The notes beneath the pieces were generated by a model. It had not been told where the DNA came from, ran no database searches, and saw only the letters and a list, made by a program, of their open reading frames with translations. 64,000 nt of DNA from Lytechinus pictus (taxonomy: Eukaryota). The position numbers were made by a program, and so were the translations under genes. The stretch lies in contig NC_087245.1 in the NCBI RefSeq assembly GCF_037042905.1, forward strand, positions 19,036,001 to 19,100,000. The letters run 5' to 3'. Of this stretch, positions 24,935 to 39,323 are shown piece by piece. Positions within the stretch are counted from its first letter, which is position 1, and every line of letters begins with the position of its first letter.

Positions 24935-26183
24935 CTGCATGGAAAAACAAAAAATTAAATGAGTCAAAATTTAAAGTTTCAAGGTACAGTTTTGTTTCAT
25001 TTCAAGCAGCATAAAATCCTTACCAAAGACAAAATTAGGCTAATAGCGGTCAAACACTTCCATCAAAATATCACCTGTGTGAGGTAATAAAACTTGCAAA
25101 CCCTGTGAACGCAAATGAAAATCAAGCAATGCTAAAGTTCTAGGCAATAATTGATAAATCACCTGAATCTTGGCAAGGACTCAAATCAGATAATGGTACA
25201 AGAGTACAGGCCAAAGTTCAAGTTATTTGATAGGAATTGACAATAAAGATATCAACTTTAATGCCAATACTAAAGGGTGCTTAATGCCATAACCCAAATA
25301 AATGATAAAATAAATTGCTGCTTATTACTCCAAAAACACATCCTCATTGTATTTTCAAATCACAGGTATAGTGCCTTAATATGCACAGGGTGCAATGTGT
25401 ACAGACTATAACCTTATATACATGTATCCTTCACAAACTCTCAAAAAGTGCAATACTTCGGTGTGTTCAAGCACTTTCTTCAGAGATAAACATGCAAGCA
25501 CGATTCATAGTTATTAAAATAGATGTTTGTTGCTGTAAAAAATTTAAATAGCATGCTTAGTAAAATGAAATTCTCAAATTTGTTTAACTTGCAGCATTTC
25601 TCATGATCAAATGCACATAGAAAACAAAATCAAAGAATAAAAGAAAAATTAACTTCCCTATTAAACCTAGAAGTACGAAAATGTAGAACTACATATCCTT
25701 TTTCAATGACCTGGTATATACAGTACATGTATGTACAGTAGGTTTCAAACACTTACACTGTACAATCACTTTGGAGGATATGCACACAAAACATTTATAT
25801 TGAAATACTGTACGAATAAAACATAGGCCTATAAAGAACCCCTTTGCTTTAAATTTTAATAAACAAATTATATTATAGATATATTATATTATAGAGTGGA
25901 CCCCCCTCATTTCCATTTATGCTCAATTTTATACTGTTTTTTTTATGAAGTAAGAATGTTTATCCCTAAAATTGTATCTGATTTATATTATTTTGTATTA
26001 TGTTTTGAATGGAAATGTAATACAGAATTATATTGAATATCCATGGCTTAACTCCAAGGCCTGTTGACTGGCCTCAATGTCCCTCTAATTTATATACCAT
26101 TTTAAATTTTTAACTAATATATACAGAAATCATTAAATTGTAAGACTGAAGAAACAAGGACAGACGGTCTAAAGATTAATAAT

Positions 26184-26808
26184 AGAGACTTTTAGGAGCA
26201 GTGAATGAGAACGGCGTAGCAGTCGTCTGATCGTTCGAGTCAACGCCGTCGTCTGCACTTGTTCACTACAGATGCGAATACTTTAGATTTCACACGACTT
26301 GAACGTGTACGTACGTCCACGTGAAACAGCGCGATAACCAGCCGGTCATGATACGCTGCCCGACCCGGAAGATCTGGCGTACCATCGCCTGGCGACCCGG
26401 TCAGGTGATGCGAAGGTACATGTACCTTGTGCACACTTGCCCTTTCACTTGCTTATATTCCTTTTTACGCGAGTTAGGATATATATCGATATAGATTTTG
26501 GAGATCAGAAAGCAATTTCAAATATGATAAACATAATGCATCGTACAACTTACATTAATTTTGTGAAAAAGTCACTGAAAACTGTGTTTTAAAAGGGAAA
26601 GGTTGAACTTCATGCTGAGCTTCAGCGGTTGAAATGACGTCACTCATGTGCACGTCGACTATGATTTAGGAGAACCACAAAATGGATGTGGCGAGGTTCT
26701 CGATTCTGATAGTGGATGTGTGTGAGGACCTGAGGCATATGGAACGCCAAAAAATGACGTCATCTCGTACCAGTTGTCTATGTCGATGTGCATTTCTAAA
26801 AGTGCTCA
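26184..26808. mobile_element. Putative non-autonomous DNA element, CpG-rich
   Basis: Short imperfect inverted ends AGAGACTTTTAGGA / TTCTAAAAGTGCTCA, AT on both flanks, abrupt rise in CpG; no coding capacity recognised. Confidence 0.45.
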
Positions 26809-26818
26809 ATGTCAAATA

Positions 26819-27188
26819 CTGCTTTCACACCAAGGTACGGTCGCATAGACCGTAATCATCGAATGATGAAACCATGGTGTGAAAGCATTTCATCGTACTC
26901 AATGACTGATCACTTTGGTAAAAAACGATCGGTAGCTGAGTCCGACCTAAGAGGTACTTCAGCGACAGATCACTACCGATGCAAGCTTGATGTGAAAGCA
27001 CATCGAAATGCAATGACCCCCCATATACATGCCCACGCGCTACATGTATCTCTACTTCCACTTACGGCTAGGTCAGCTATACAGCGACCGATCGCTCTGG
27101 GCCTGACCAAATTTGGACGGCGGTGTGAAAGCATGTCCGATCAGTCGCTGGGTACAGTCTCTGCGACCGTACCTTAGTGTGAAAGCGG
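26819..27188. mobile_element. MITE (370 bp, TA TSD)
   Basis: TIR C(T/C)GCTTTCACAC(C/T)AAGGTACGGTCGCA at both ends; TA at 26817-26818 and 27189-27190; internal repeats of TGTGAAAGCA. Confidence 0.88.
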
Positions 27189-27767
27189 TATAACTGATGT
27201 AATGTGAAGATGTGTGCCCTAGAAAAAAATAACCTTACCCTTAGACATTGATATTTAAGGCTTGAACATTGGACCATCATCCAGACATTACAATCATAAA
27301 CATTTTCAACATGAGCACAGGTCAAAATCCAACATCTAATGGTTTGTTTTCAGGCAGCCTGTGTTTAAGACATACATAGCCCTTTGAGATGAGAGCAATT
27401 CCGAAATCAACAAATAAGAAAGTGCCTAATTGTCATTACAACTGCTTATTGTTTTAAATACATAAAATAATATGACAAGAATGGAGGTGAGAAAATTATC
27501 ATTCTCTTAGTCTTACCTTTTTCCTAATGCTAGAAATATAAATGAAGTTTGTCCTACTACGTTATTTTTAATAATATTCATTACATATTAACATATTTTG
27601 CTCTGTACAGGTTTATCATTGTTCATCATGACATAATCAAAGGCCCACTCTTTCCGTTGGTCACTGATGAGCTACATGTACAGTACATGTACAGCAGATA
27701 AACTATTTAGGCCCAATATCCTGGTACAAAGGTTAAACATAATAAAAAAAAGTTGAGAATCACTTAC

Positions 27768-27811
27768 ATAATGAATATCCTCACTTAACAAAAATCAGTG
27801 GCTCCACAAGA
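27768..27811 (-). ncRNA. Small internal exon (44 nt) of the - strand unit
   Basis: Acceptor ttttgttttttctgtttAG| and donor TAT|GTAAGT. Confidence 0.5.
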
Positions 27812-28364
27812 CTAAACAGAAAAAACAAAATGCATGTACTGTGTAGGCCATTACATCTATTCCAACTCATGCAATGGAACAGAATAACTGAACAACTAAT
27901 AAGTAATAATAATAAATAATCATAGTTACAATTGAATAGCACATCATACTTTGTATTTCTAAAGAAAAGTTTTAAATTGTCATTATTACCCAGGTCATAG
28001 GGTCCATCACTGTTCCACACATAAAGTGCACCATCTCCACTCCCTGTTACATAAACATAAACTGTACAGCCCAGTCTGTTACGAAGTCTTATCCCTGAAC
28101 ATTGCAGATAAAACCCACATTGATTAGGTTAGAGTAATTTCAGGTCAGAAGGAATAACAATGGGGATACTCAAAAGGAGGAAGATCCTATTGTTGCAGAA
28201 TCCCTCCACAACAATAGAATGGATCCAGAGCAGAACCAACTAATCCTTTAATGAAAGGCAAAGAGTTCATCCCTGGTCAACTCAAACTAACCTTGATAAA
28301 TTTCTTTTGATAAAATATTGATCCAATCTGACAAACCCCTTTCAGTAACTCTCTCATCCTCTCA

Positions 28365-28513
28365 GGAAGACCCCTCGGGAGACCAGCAGCACCAAGATTG
28401 ATGCTGCTGAGTAGGGCATCTTCCCTATTTTCCATTTATCAATTCACATGTATCATTTTATATGTATTGTTATTTGTTTTTTAACATAAATAAATTCAAT
28501 CAATCAATCAATC
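28365..28513 (+). mobile_element. 5'-truncated LINE/SINE 3' end
   Basis: Stem-loop (GGAAGA...CAGCAGCA/TGCTGCTG...TCTTCC), T-rich tract, AATAAA and (CAAT)n tail: the architecture of CR1/L2-group 3' ends. Confidence 0.5.
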
Positions 28514-29224
28514 CTGACAGATGGAAGAGTAGAGCCTCTTGTGATTTGTTTAATCATTTCTTTCACAAATTTATGCTCTGCAGTGGTTAGTAGATTGCAA
28601 ATGAACAAAAAAGAAAGAATGTGTAGTGTAGTTGTTTGTAGTAGTTACATGTGAAAGTATTGGTAGATAGCTGAAAGGCTAGCTAGGTTCCAGGAAGTGA
28701 AGGTCACAGGGTCAAGGAGTGGTACCTGGAGGGTTATGCATTCCCAACTTGAGCTGGTAGTGGATTATTCTTGGCATCACAGACCCTAATCATGTGACCT
28801 AAAAAGCAGTGGTCTCCAATGGCAATTTAGGTAAATATAAATGATCCATTGATTGTTTTGAAGCAGTAAGGGTTATATTTCTGGTGGATATTTTCTGATT
28901 TAAAGATTGCTACGTTCAGTTAGGGTACCTTGAACTTCTATGATGTTCTGATGATTGACGAAACATGGAAAAAGAAAGCTAATACAGGAGGCTAATCAGG
29001 TTGAATTTTAACTGGAGGGGGTGCTGTGATTGCGCCATTGAAAGATGTGTAAACAGTAAGACAAGTACCAGGCGATAGCTCCCATTTGCGAAGGCTCTGG
29101 GCTGGAACACAGGGTTGGCGCGTGAGAATATTCGGCCCTGAATCACGAGGTCGCACAACGGGGAGCACCTCTTGAAAGTTTGAGGTAAATGCCCTCACTT
29201 CGTACCATACCGGTACTTACTTAC

Positions 29225-29335
29225 GTCCATCCAACACTACCAACAAATGACCATCATCCATTCTTACAATAGGATCAAGAAGTAGGCCTAGTCATGCTGT
29301 TGTGATCATCTTAGCATTAGTGAGTTCTCTCTTCA
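29225..29335 (-). ncRNA. Non-coding internal exon (111 nt) of the - strand unit
   Basis: Acceptor atttctgttttgcAG| and tandem donor GAC|GTAAGTAAGT; stops in all frames from the acceptor. Confidence 0.55.
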
Positions 29336-31829
29336 CTGCAAAACAGAAATACTCACAAATCATAAGAAGCACAGGCCAGCATCAAGCAGCATGCCTATTG
29401 CATTCGAAGAAATGCACATCTCCATTCTTTGTCTTGAGGTCTGTCTTGATTCAAAATAAACACATTCTGCTAGATACATGTATTTTCAAAATGAAACTTA
29501 GGAAGATTGTTCATATTTTGGAAATTCATTTACAATCAATACTAGTTTATAAAAAAATCAATTTAAAGACAGCTTCTGCCCATGTACAAATTGAAACATC
29601 ACTAACTATCTGTATGCAGGGAAGATATCCTAATGCCCTTGTAATGAGTTCGATAAGACTGGTCCAAACACAATGTATGCACATTCTCCACTCTCCTGGG
29701 AGTATTCTAGCCAGTCTCCAGGCAGGCACCCAGAATTTCAAATGAGAAATACTCCTCAAGATAATGGGAACTTCTTGCTCCCAAAGGACCAATGCATACT
29801 GAAATCCTGAGATCAGGATATCTGTGTTGATAGTACTTGCAAATCCAGTATAGCCTTTCACTTTATATGCATCTCCAACTTTTCTTTATACACCAAAATT
29901 ATGAGTGTAAGTGTCACTTAAAGTGCAATAAATCGATAATTAATCGTCTTTGCAATGTTTACCTTTATGCAGCAATTTAATTTTCTCTAAAAGCCAAATC
30001 ATCATCAATCAATGCAATTCCTAGATCAAGGCAAGACTTATACACTAGGGAATTCCTCTTTTGTTCAAGCTACATGTAGAAGCAGAATCTCAAACAAGGT
30101 CCACTTCAATCAGCCTGTTCAAGTCATCACTGCCAAAAATAATAGAAAGTATTAATATTTTTTAATATTTAAGAGCACCTTACCATAAAAAAATAATACA
30201 AGGCTCAATAATGGACTAAAGACCGAGGTAGGAAATTACTTCTCACTCTTATTTTGATTAGAATTCCCCTACCTTGGTCATCCTCAGGTCAACCATTCTT
30301 TGCATCCAAGAGAACATTCAAATGAACAAGCAGAAATTGAAACATGATTGGCATTCAAACTCCATCTTTCTAAGGTGCAGCAATTATGACGGCTTTGTCA
30401 CCCGCAGGCTCTGAATGAAACTGTTTCATTTGAAATTTGGCAACATCCTCTATTCCCCCTAATCTCCCTCTTTTGAAGCAAGATCAACAACAAAGTCAGA
30501 TCCATTGATATTGTTTACATAAATATTTAAAAACTATTTGCATGATTTCACCTCCTTGTCTAGGTTGGATGTGTCAATTGCACGTCATCGCACCGAGAGG
30601 ACACAGCAACAATACAGAGAAAATGTTTTTTCCATCAAAACATAACTCGGGGGAAATCAGGCGTGGATTGGTTCCACTGAACAAATACAAAATGCGTTTG
30701 CTATTTACTCAATCCTGTCACAAAACTTGGATACAAATGTGACAAGTTCTTGGAGTGCAACCCCAAATATGACCGATATTTGACCCCCCAAAATGTGTTC
30801 TACAGTACGAACAGGGCCATGTTTCCTTTCATACTTAAATTGTTTATCAATCTAGCTTCATATTACTGTTTTGTTACATATTTTTAAAAAAAGAATCATG
30901 CTTGTCTACAAAGAAATTTTAAGAATGATCATTTTCACCGAGGACAGTATTCTGAAAACTGTGTTAGAATGAAGATGGCATTAGCTAGTTTTGTATTCTA
31001 AGTTTAATAAGTGAATGCCAAAATCAACACTATGAATTAGATTTTTAAGAAATTTGAATTTTTAAATTAATGTGAAGAAGTCAGCACAAACCATAGCAAA
31101 ACCCTGTGGCAAATCTTGTAAAAAAAAAAGTTTTCTTACATCGCACAAAAGGCTTGTTAGGTAATCACGTTCGACTGCTTCGTTTAAGAGAGGGCCTGGA
31201 TACATGTACATGACGGACACAGGTCAGAATGTGAAAGATGCTCTTTTCTTTTATTTTCCTTCAAACCTTCCTTCATGTTTTAGTTTCTTTCTTCCTTCTT
31301 TAATCACTTCCACTTTGATCTTCCTTCATTTTCCCCTTCCTCTACATGTAATTAATATTTCATTTTCCCCTCCCTCTTCATGTAATTAATGTTCTCTAGA
31401 ACAAGCAGTTCAACAATACCCATCCAAACATATCAAAAGAAATTGAAGGGGCTGATCCTTAAAACCCCATCTTTTATATAAAACTGATGAAACTTCCTGT
31501 GGAGCATGTTCAAATCAAATCTGACCTCTCCATCTCATCCAATTTTTTATTCTAAAATTGAGAGGAGAATGATTATTCATGGCAAAAGCGTTGGCTGCCA
31601 TTCAGACTAAACCTTCAAATTCACAGTCAGTGAATCATTCTTGTATTCTAAATTCCTTCTCATCCCTGTAAAACAAGAACACAATTTGTCACTCTTTCCT
31701 AGTCTAACTTAAAGGCCAAACATCATAATTAAACAGAAAACAATATCTGCCATACCAAACCACAACATATCACTTTTTTGCCTAACATTTAAAAAGCAAA
31801 AAAATGCGAGCAGCTTTTCTACATGTACA

Positions 31830-32158
31830 TATACATATCGTACGATAACAAATCAATGAAGTGTAATTTTCTCAAAAAATTGAAAATGGTTTATTGTATA
31901 TGTACCTTCAGTTTATCAATACACAAATCATTTCACACATGCTCCCTAACAGAAATTATAAAATAACCATTAGAAAATAAATTTATTCATTTATGATACA
32001 TGGGACAGCTGCTTGTTTATGACGTCACAAATCAAAAACTTGACATTTTAAAAACTTTCTTAATATTCAATGAATTTCCTCAAACCTTCACCAATGTTTT
32101 TAGTTATTTTTCTGCCGTTTTTACAACAAACTTTTCTCCAGGGTGAACTTCCCTTTGA
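31830..32158 (+). mobile_element. Partial Kolobok-like MITE (right end only; left boundary approximate)
   Basis: Ends CAGGGTGAACTTCCCT-TTGA; shares TCAAACCTTCACCAAT and the terminal motif with 46420-46806. Confidence 0.55.
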
Positions 32159-33309
32159 CGGGGAAAGAATGGCTCCATGTATTTCAGGCCGTTTTCCCTT
32201 GATTTTTTTTTACATCCATTTGGATTCATCCCACCACATCCCCCTTTTTCAAGCCACCCCCTCTCTATTCTCTGTCTATCTGTCAATGTTTACAGTTTTA
32301 ATAAAGATAATTTCAAACTTTAACAGATAACAACCCATCCTGAAGGAAAAATAATATACACAGGGAATTGTATTGAGGCTAGTGGATGACACACCCAGCA
32401 CATTAGACAGGCGTTGCTAGGGGCAACGGGAAAAAAACAATGACAAGACATGCTATGTTGCCAATCATCGGTGATTGATGATTTGGGGATACAAAAGGCA
32501 ACAGGCAATGCAGAACTTTATCCAATTGGATAGAATCCAGCAAGAGATTTGGGCAAAATATATTTACACACAAAAAATGCATATTTATGAAAGATACAGT
32601 AGTAGCCAGATATATGAGATAGAATTAATTTCTTATTTATGGGGAAGGGTGAAAAGTATCATACTTTATTTCAATACCAGACACAATCTGAGTACATAGT
32701 ACACACTATGACTCTATGCCTTGCATAACTTGTTCTTAACGGTTTTATGAATGCCACCATATTTTTTTCAGACAAAATATGGCAAACAAAAAAGAACAAA
32801 TAACTTTTTACAGTATCATACAGCATACATGTACCGTGTACTTCTATTGCCAATCCCTTAAACCACTCCAATCCCTGATTTATTATTAGTTCTGGATTAT
32901 CTTGAAATCATTCAAAATGAGAAAAACATGTTCAATGATCTACAAGAGTAGAATTCAGTGACAGCAAGGTACAGAAAAATACATAAGTCTGACATTCCTT
33001 TCAGTCTTTGGGGACTGGAATTGATGATAGTGCAGAATTCTCTTTTTTTTTTACAAAAAGAGACCATATTTTGTGACTTTCCCACATGAAATGGAAGAAA
33101 GGAAGAATGATACTGATAGTAGCTCGATGAAACAGACAACAGCAAATACATGTGTATATAAATACAAGAACAATACATGTATAATGCAACTGTAAATGAT
33201 ATATTCAACTGTTTTATCGTACGATATATCTACGTGTAGGCCAACATCTGACTAAATTATGGGTTTTAGAAAAAGAAAATGAAGGTATTAGTCGGCTATG
33301 GTCAGTTAC

Positions 33310-33414
33310 CTAAATGCCAAGAGCAACCAAGGAACAAATGGCTTTCGGTCCTCTCCCAGGTAATGATAAATGAGGAACAGAGGGTAGAAACACATAAAAT
33401 ATGTATACCTGCAC
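33310..33414 (-). ncRNA. Possible internal exon (105 nt) of the - strand unit
   Basis: Acceptor tttctattaattcacAG|GT and donor TAG|GTAACT. Confidence 0.3.
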
Positions 33415-35544
33415 CTGTGAATTAATAGAAATTGTTAAAGTCTAAAAACACAAGATATTTATATTTCAACATTCACATCTTTCTTAACTACATAAAAGTA
33501 TTTCATTTGTGTTCTTGCAACAAGACCATGCCTAAAACATGGATGCAGCATTCTCCTGGCACACATCAAAAGTTCTTGTACAGTGTATATGCAAATTGCT
33601 TTCACACTGCACATATCCCAACCGTAATTTGAAATTACATTATGCGTGGGTATTTTCTTTGGGGGTAATCATACTGTATTCTTTTACACTAGAGGAAAAA
33701 TCTGGTATTTTTGTGACCCAGTGGGTGTAAAGGCACTTCATTTAATTTTCAAGCAAAGTCCAACCATGTCCACACTCCAACCATGGATATATTGCTCTGA
33801 CAGAATAGTACATGTAGGTCTATGGTCCAACCCAGGTACATGCACTTGCTCACTCTACTAAACCATCCTGCCTGTGGGGAATCTACAGGTAGGACTATGG
33901 TATGCCAATGCTGTACAGAGCACACACTTTAAAAAATCATTAAAATATCACTTTTTTGACCAAAATTACTAATTTCCATACACTTGCAATTTATTTTCAT
34001 TAAAAAATTGGGAATAATTTTTGTATTGACCAGAGCGCTCAAAAACCTGAATTTGGGGCATATTTTTGTGTACGCCCTCTATTGGTGGAAAGTAATATGG
34101 CAATAAAATTTTCATTTTTCAATCTCTATTTTTAATTAAGAAAAAAATAATTTAAAGAATCAAATTTACTTAACAGCCAAGTTATATGATGAATAGCTGT
34201 AATAGAAACTGACAGTGTAAAAAAATTAAGCATTTGTCCCAAAGAAAAAGTGAAAATAAGCCAAACATTGCCGACCTTATTTGGCCACACATGAAGATGT
34301 AACTGAGAACAAGGTTATATCATAACCTTGTTCATTGAATGAGTGGGTACATGCATGTAGCTATTTTTTTAAGACAATTGCTCAACATGTGTAGGCCTAC
34401 CATTTTATACAAATGGATCAATCATCACACCTACCATTATTATAACGAGTAGGGCCTACCTGATGTCAAAGTTACAGCAGTCAGTTCATACAGGCTGATC
34501 ACTGTACTACCAATGCAATACATTCTTAAAATGGGGGAGATGAAATATCTACACTTCAAACTGTCCACAGTACAATGAATCCTGTTCAGATGCAGAATAA
34601 ATGCGATTCAACTTCCTATCCACAATACAACTGGAACATAGACTGTCAATGTACTTTCAAACCGAGCTGAACGAAAGTGACCTTGATGGAGACAGTTTCC
34701 ACATATGCATCAAACTTATGACAATGAATACAAACACATATCTGCAATTCATGCCATGCTACTATGGTAGTATATACAGAAAAAATTGAATAGTGAGGTC
34801 TGCAGCCTACTGCGTGCCATTGGGCAAACCATGACCTTCCCCTGGGGGTGTCACATGCACATATTGTCATGAACATGGAGACTAGGCCTATAGTCTATAC
34901 GTCCACATGCATGTTTACACTACTGTTTTGTACCACTGAACTGAAGTTTAAAGAAGGCACATGACATTGGTGAGTTGTTGCTATCAAGACTTAACCATAG
35001 CTGTGATTAACCACATGGGATATTAAAAAATAAGTTACTCCACCCAAGGATCATTTTGTAATAACCTGAGTGTATGCCTACATATGACATTTTTTAAATT
35101 TAGAATAGGTCCATATCCTTTTTTTCCCTCCTTTTGTAAATTTACAATTCATATATCTATTTAAAAATAAGGGAGAAAAAGTAAAAATAATGAAAGTAAG
35201 CTTTTTTAATATCTAATGCAGTTTGAGATTCATGTTTTTTAGTACGACTTGATTTTTTTTTTTACTTTTCTAAACTTACTTGAAAGGCTCTACATAGGAC
35301 TACAGTACTGTAAGATTTTTATGCTGATAATTCTGACAAATTTTCAGGGGATTCATTTCATGATTACAACATGGAGAGCTGATCTGAATATCATTATGCA
35401 ATAATGTTTAGGCCTATCATATAATATAATTGCAAGATGGTTTTAGGAAGGACTACAGGACAATTAATGAAGATGTACATGTGTACAATGTATACTAGTC
35501 CAGTAGCAAATGTTTGCTACATTGTACATGTACTTCCATATATA

Positions 35545-36012
35545 TGCTTTTCACACTGTACTTTTTTTCCTTAACCCCGGGAAATTGGGGGGGGCTAAGG
35601 GGGGGCCTTAGCCCCACCAATCCTGGGGTTAAGCTTAGCCCACTTCGTTTTAGCAAAGTGGGCTAGCACGGTAAATAGTCCGGTACTATCTGGCCCTGCA
35701 AAAAGCAGGGTTAGCCGGCTTATTGTGGTTCTAGCACCACAATTGCGGTGCTAAGAGATGCAGTGTGAAACGAAACTGGGCTAAGGAAAAGTGGGGCTAA
35801 GCAATAGCCAATCACAGGAGTCGAAATTGCACGTTAATCACGCTCTGTATGGTAAAATCATTAATATTCATGAGCTGTGGGATAGTCCGGGGTTAAGGCG
35901 TTAACCCCGGCTAAGCAGATAGTATGGGGTTAAGAAAGACAGTGTGAATCCAAAAAAAGATAGTATGGGGTTAAGGATAATATGGGATTAAGGAAATGCA
36001 ATGTGAAAAGCA
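35545..36012. mobile_element. MITE (468 bp, TA TSD) with GGGGTTAAG/GGCTAAG internal repeats
   Basis: TIR TGCTTTTCACA(C/T)TG, TA on both flanks, many subterminal GGGTTAAG motifs in both orientations. Confidence 0.85.
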
Positions 36013-39000
36013 TATTATATGCTTGGTGGGGGAGTTACTATCTCAGATGTTAAATGTATTAATGCTTTCCTTACTTCCTTTGTTTTTAATTTCATGAAAT
36101 ATTTCTCTCTTTTTTTGTAGCTTTCAGCTCAATCAAAATATTTTTACAAAATTATAGACAATTATGTCAAATGTGAAATTTCAGCAACTTTCTGGTGAAG
36201 GTTATTCTCTTTCCTTAAAAAAAATGTTCAATCATGTGACAAAATGGCAAAAGGATTAGGCTTTTATCAGTCATTTAAACATTTAACTTGGCCCTGTTCA
36301 TAATAATAACATAATAGGGAAAAATTACAGAGGGGAGCAGGTGAATTTGTCCAAGAAATACCCAAAAGAGCCCTGGAAAAATAAAATGCATTTAGTTTCA
36401 CTGGGCCCTTAATTTCAAAGGTCATTTTGCCTAGACTGATGATGATATAATTATTATCAACGCCTACTTCGAAAGGCTGACCCTACCCTCTTGAATAATT
36501 ATTGATGTTCGCTTCAAAATCATCTCATTCCAACTCAAAGAATAACACTGAATAAACCCGGAGTCATAAAAAGCTCTCATAGATGTAAAATCAATATTGC
36601 TGCAGTTCTTCAATTTGTATTTTGCAATGATTTCTACAAAGCCCAACAGAGGATGAGCTTCTTTTTATTATGTCTTGAAGTTGGTTTTAATACACAATGT
36701 CCTCTGGACAAGAAAGCAATAGGAATACAATTATACCAGCTGACAATGGGTACACCCTTAGGCAAAAAAAAACAGAGAACAATGTGATTTCAACAAATGT
36801 CTATCTGCTAGATGTGGTGAGAGGGGCATTATCCTCAAATACAACAAAGGATTTGTCATCTGCCATCCACCATTCTCATCCTCATAATCAGTATTATATA
36901 ATTCGCAACAGAAGATGAGCACACATACAGGTAGTGCATATGTTTTGCTATCCTTATTGACGTGTCTATTGTTCGCGAATGACAAATTGATGAACTGCAG
37001 AAGAATGGAAGTTACATGTATCTGTGATCTTATGGACACTGAATTCCGATTAAAACTTTCTGCATCTACAAGTAGTTGCATCTAGTGCAAGATAACTAAA
37101 AACTCTTATAATTAAAAAATCCAAATTAAAGAATGATGCAATCAAAAAAAAGTTTGACAGAAATTTTGATGATTTGGATTAAAACCTGCCCTACATGTAG
37201 AATATGTAATATGTTTCTAATTGAGCTTTAATATACAAAGTAACGGTAAAGCTTTCACACTATGCTTTCCAATTCCAGAGTTCAATAACTGCTGTTATCA
37301 GTACAATTGCACTTCCTTGAGACAGGCACTTTCATATCTAAACCATAATATGTATTGTATTAAATGAAAACACCAAAACAAACCAGACTGGAATACCAAT
37401 GCAAAAATAAGCACTTGGATGTCACTGCACCTCGCTTTTATTTTACTTTTTCCTCTCAAATCAACTGAGATGGCAATTTAATCATTGGTTCAAAAGTTTA
37501 ATCACCTTCAAAATAGAGAGGGATTCACAGCTGATTGAGCTTCATATATGGATACATGGTTCCTGTTTGATTCCACACGTGATTGGTATCACAATGATAA
37601 AAACTGAATAGCTAAAAAAGTTCTATTTTTATTAGGATGACGTATTCATCTTCAATATGAGAAACAATTACATGTAGGCCTGCAGTGTCGGCAAACCCTC
37701 TGGGAAGTACTTCAAGCTGTCTAATACCTTTTTCAGCAAATTATCAATTGGTAGAAAAATTTGCCTTGATCAGCACAATAGATGAATCTGGTGCAGATAT
37801 GTATCTCTTTTTTTTTAACTGAGCAAATTAGCGAATTATTTCAAATCCAACCATGCACAACATTGTAGATAGTTTGACCCGGGAAGAAAAGGTCAATTTG
37901 GAGTTTACGCACGCCACAAGAAGCCCAACCTAAAATCCTGATCAAGTTATCCAAAAGTCAATCAAAATATTCATGTTTTTGCAGAAATCTTCTCTAAAAA
38001 AAAAACACAATTTTTCAGCATGAATAACATTTTGAAAATTTGTTCCTACCATTGATAAAAAATGAATCACTAAAACACCACTTCTTGGAATAAGAAGTCT
38101 CTGAAAAGTACTTAGATTGAAGCGTAAAAAGGGTGACAACAAACTTGTCAGCTCCAGAAGGCATTGGACCATACATTGGCAACCTTTGCTGAACTGTCCT
38201 CACTGGATCATAATGGCGTCTCTTTTTAAAAATATGCATATTAAATGAAATTTGGAAGGCAACCACTTCCTCTTTAATGTCAATAATAGCAACTAAGGCC
38301 GACCACAAACACACAAATGCAAGGCTAAAAACATTTTTCAGTGCTTTTCATTTGGGACATGTAGGAGGCACCACATATATGACTGATTTTTAGGAAAAGT
38401 GAGTAAATACAATTCCATTTTTAGCAGAAAGTGGTTAAAATCCCTCACGGTTCAGGTGATATCAATAATAGCGACTCCCATGAAATTTTATCATTTAACC
38501 CATTGTTAACCTTATTGCATTCACGTATGTATATATATATATGGCTTAAAACGGAACCTTGAGAAGAGAGTTCACACACAAGAGAAGGTGCAGTTTAAAA
38601 ATAATATTTTCAATTCTCATCAAAAGTCAAATCCATCCAAGAAAAAAATCAATTTGGTGAAGAGAAGTTCACATATCTTGAACAAGTTCAATTATTTTAA
38701 TTTAACAAGTATTATAATTTAACAATTTTTTTCTATCTTTTCATATTGTGAGCCTTTATAATTGTTACATTGTCATTACCTCTTTATGATAATAGTGTGC
38801 TTTGTATATACATGTACATGTATTTTTTGTGTGTGTCAGGACCATGATGTAAAACAGACATCAGCTGATTCATGTTTTATCTTTATCCTGAATAAATGTT
38901 ACGATATAATAAAATAAAATAAAATAAAAATTCAATATAAATATTAAATTGATGTAAAATAAAAATGATTTTTTTTTTTTACCATTGCCCCAAACAGTTT

Positions 39001-39323
39001 AATGCATATCATGACAAATCCATCCTCAGTCCTTATGAAGTTTATCTTATTCTTTTAGATAAATGTTTCAAAAAAATCAGTACCAAATACTTGTACCTTC
39101 TTGAATAATATCTATGCTTATGATTCAAAATTAAACAAAGAATAGGCAATGAATTCTCTCTTTTCGGCTCAGGAAAAAAGCACTCAATCATTTTAATAGC
39201 AACTTGCACTGCTCTCAATCATGAAAGCTGTCAAATTATCTGTCATTTCACTTATACTATAATCACCAACCCCTACTTTTACTTTCTCATCCTTTGTGGC
39301 ATGAATTCATAAATCTCTCATTA

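Noticed and set aside
29302..29861. Overlapping 147-aa (+) and 104-aa (-) ORFs
   Set aside because: Non-ATG starts, no recognisable domain and no convincing splice context.
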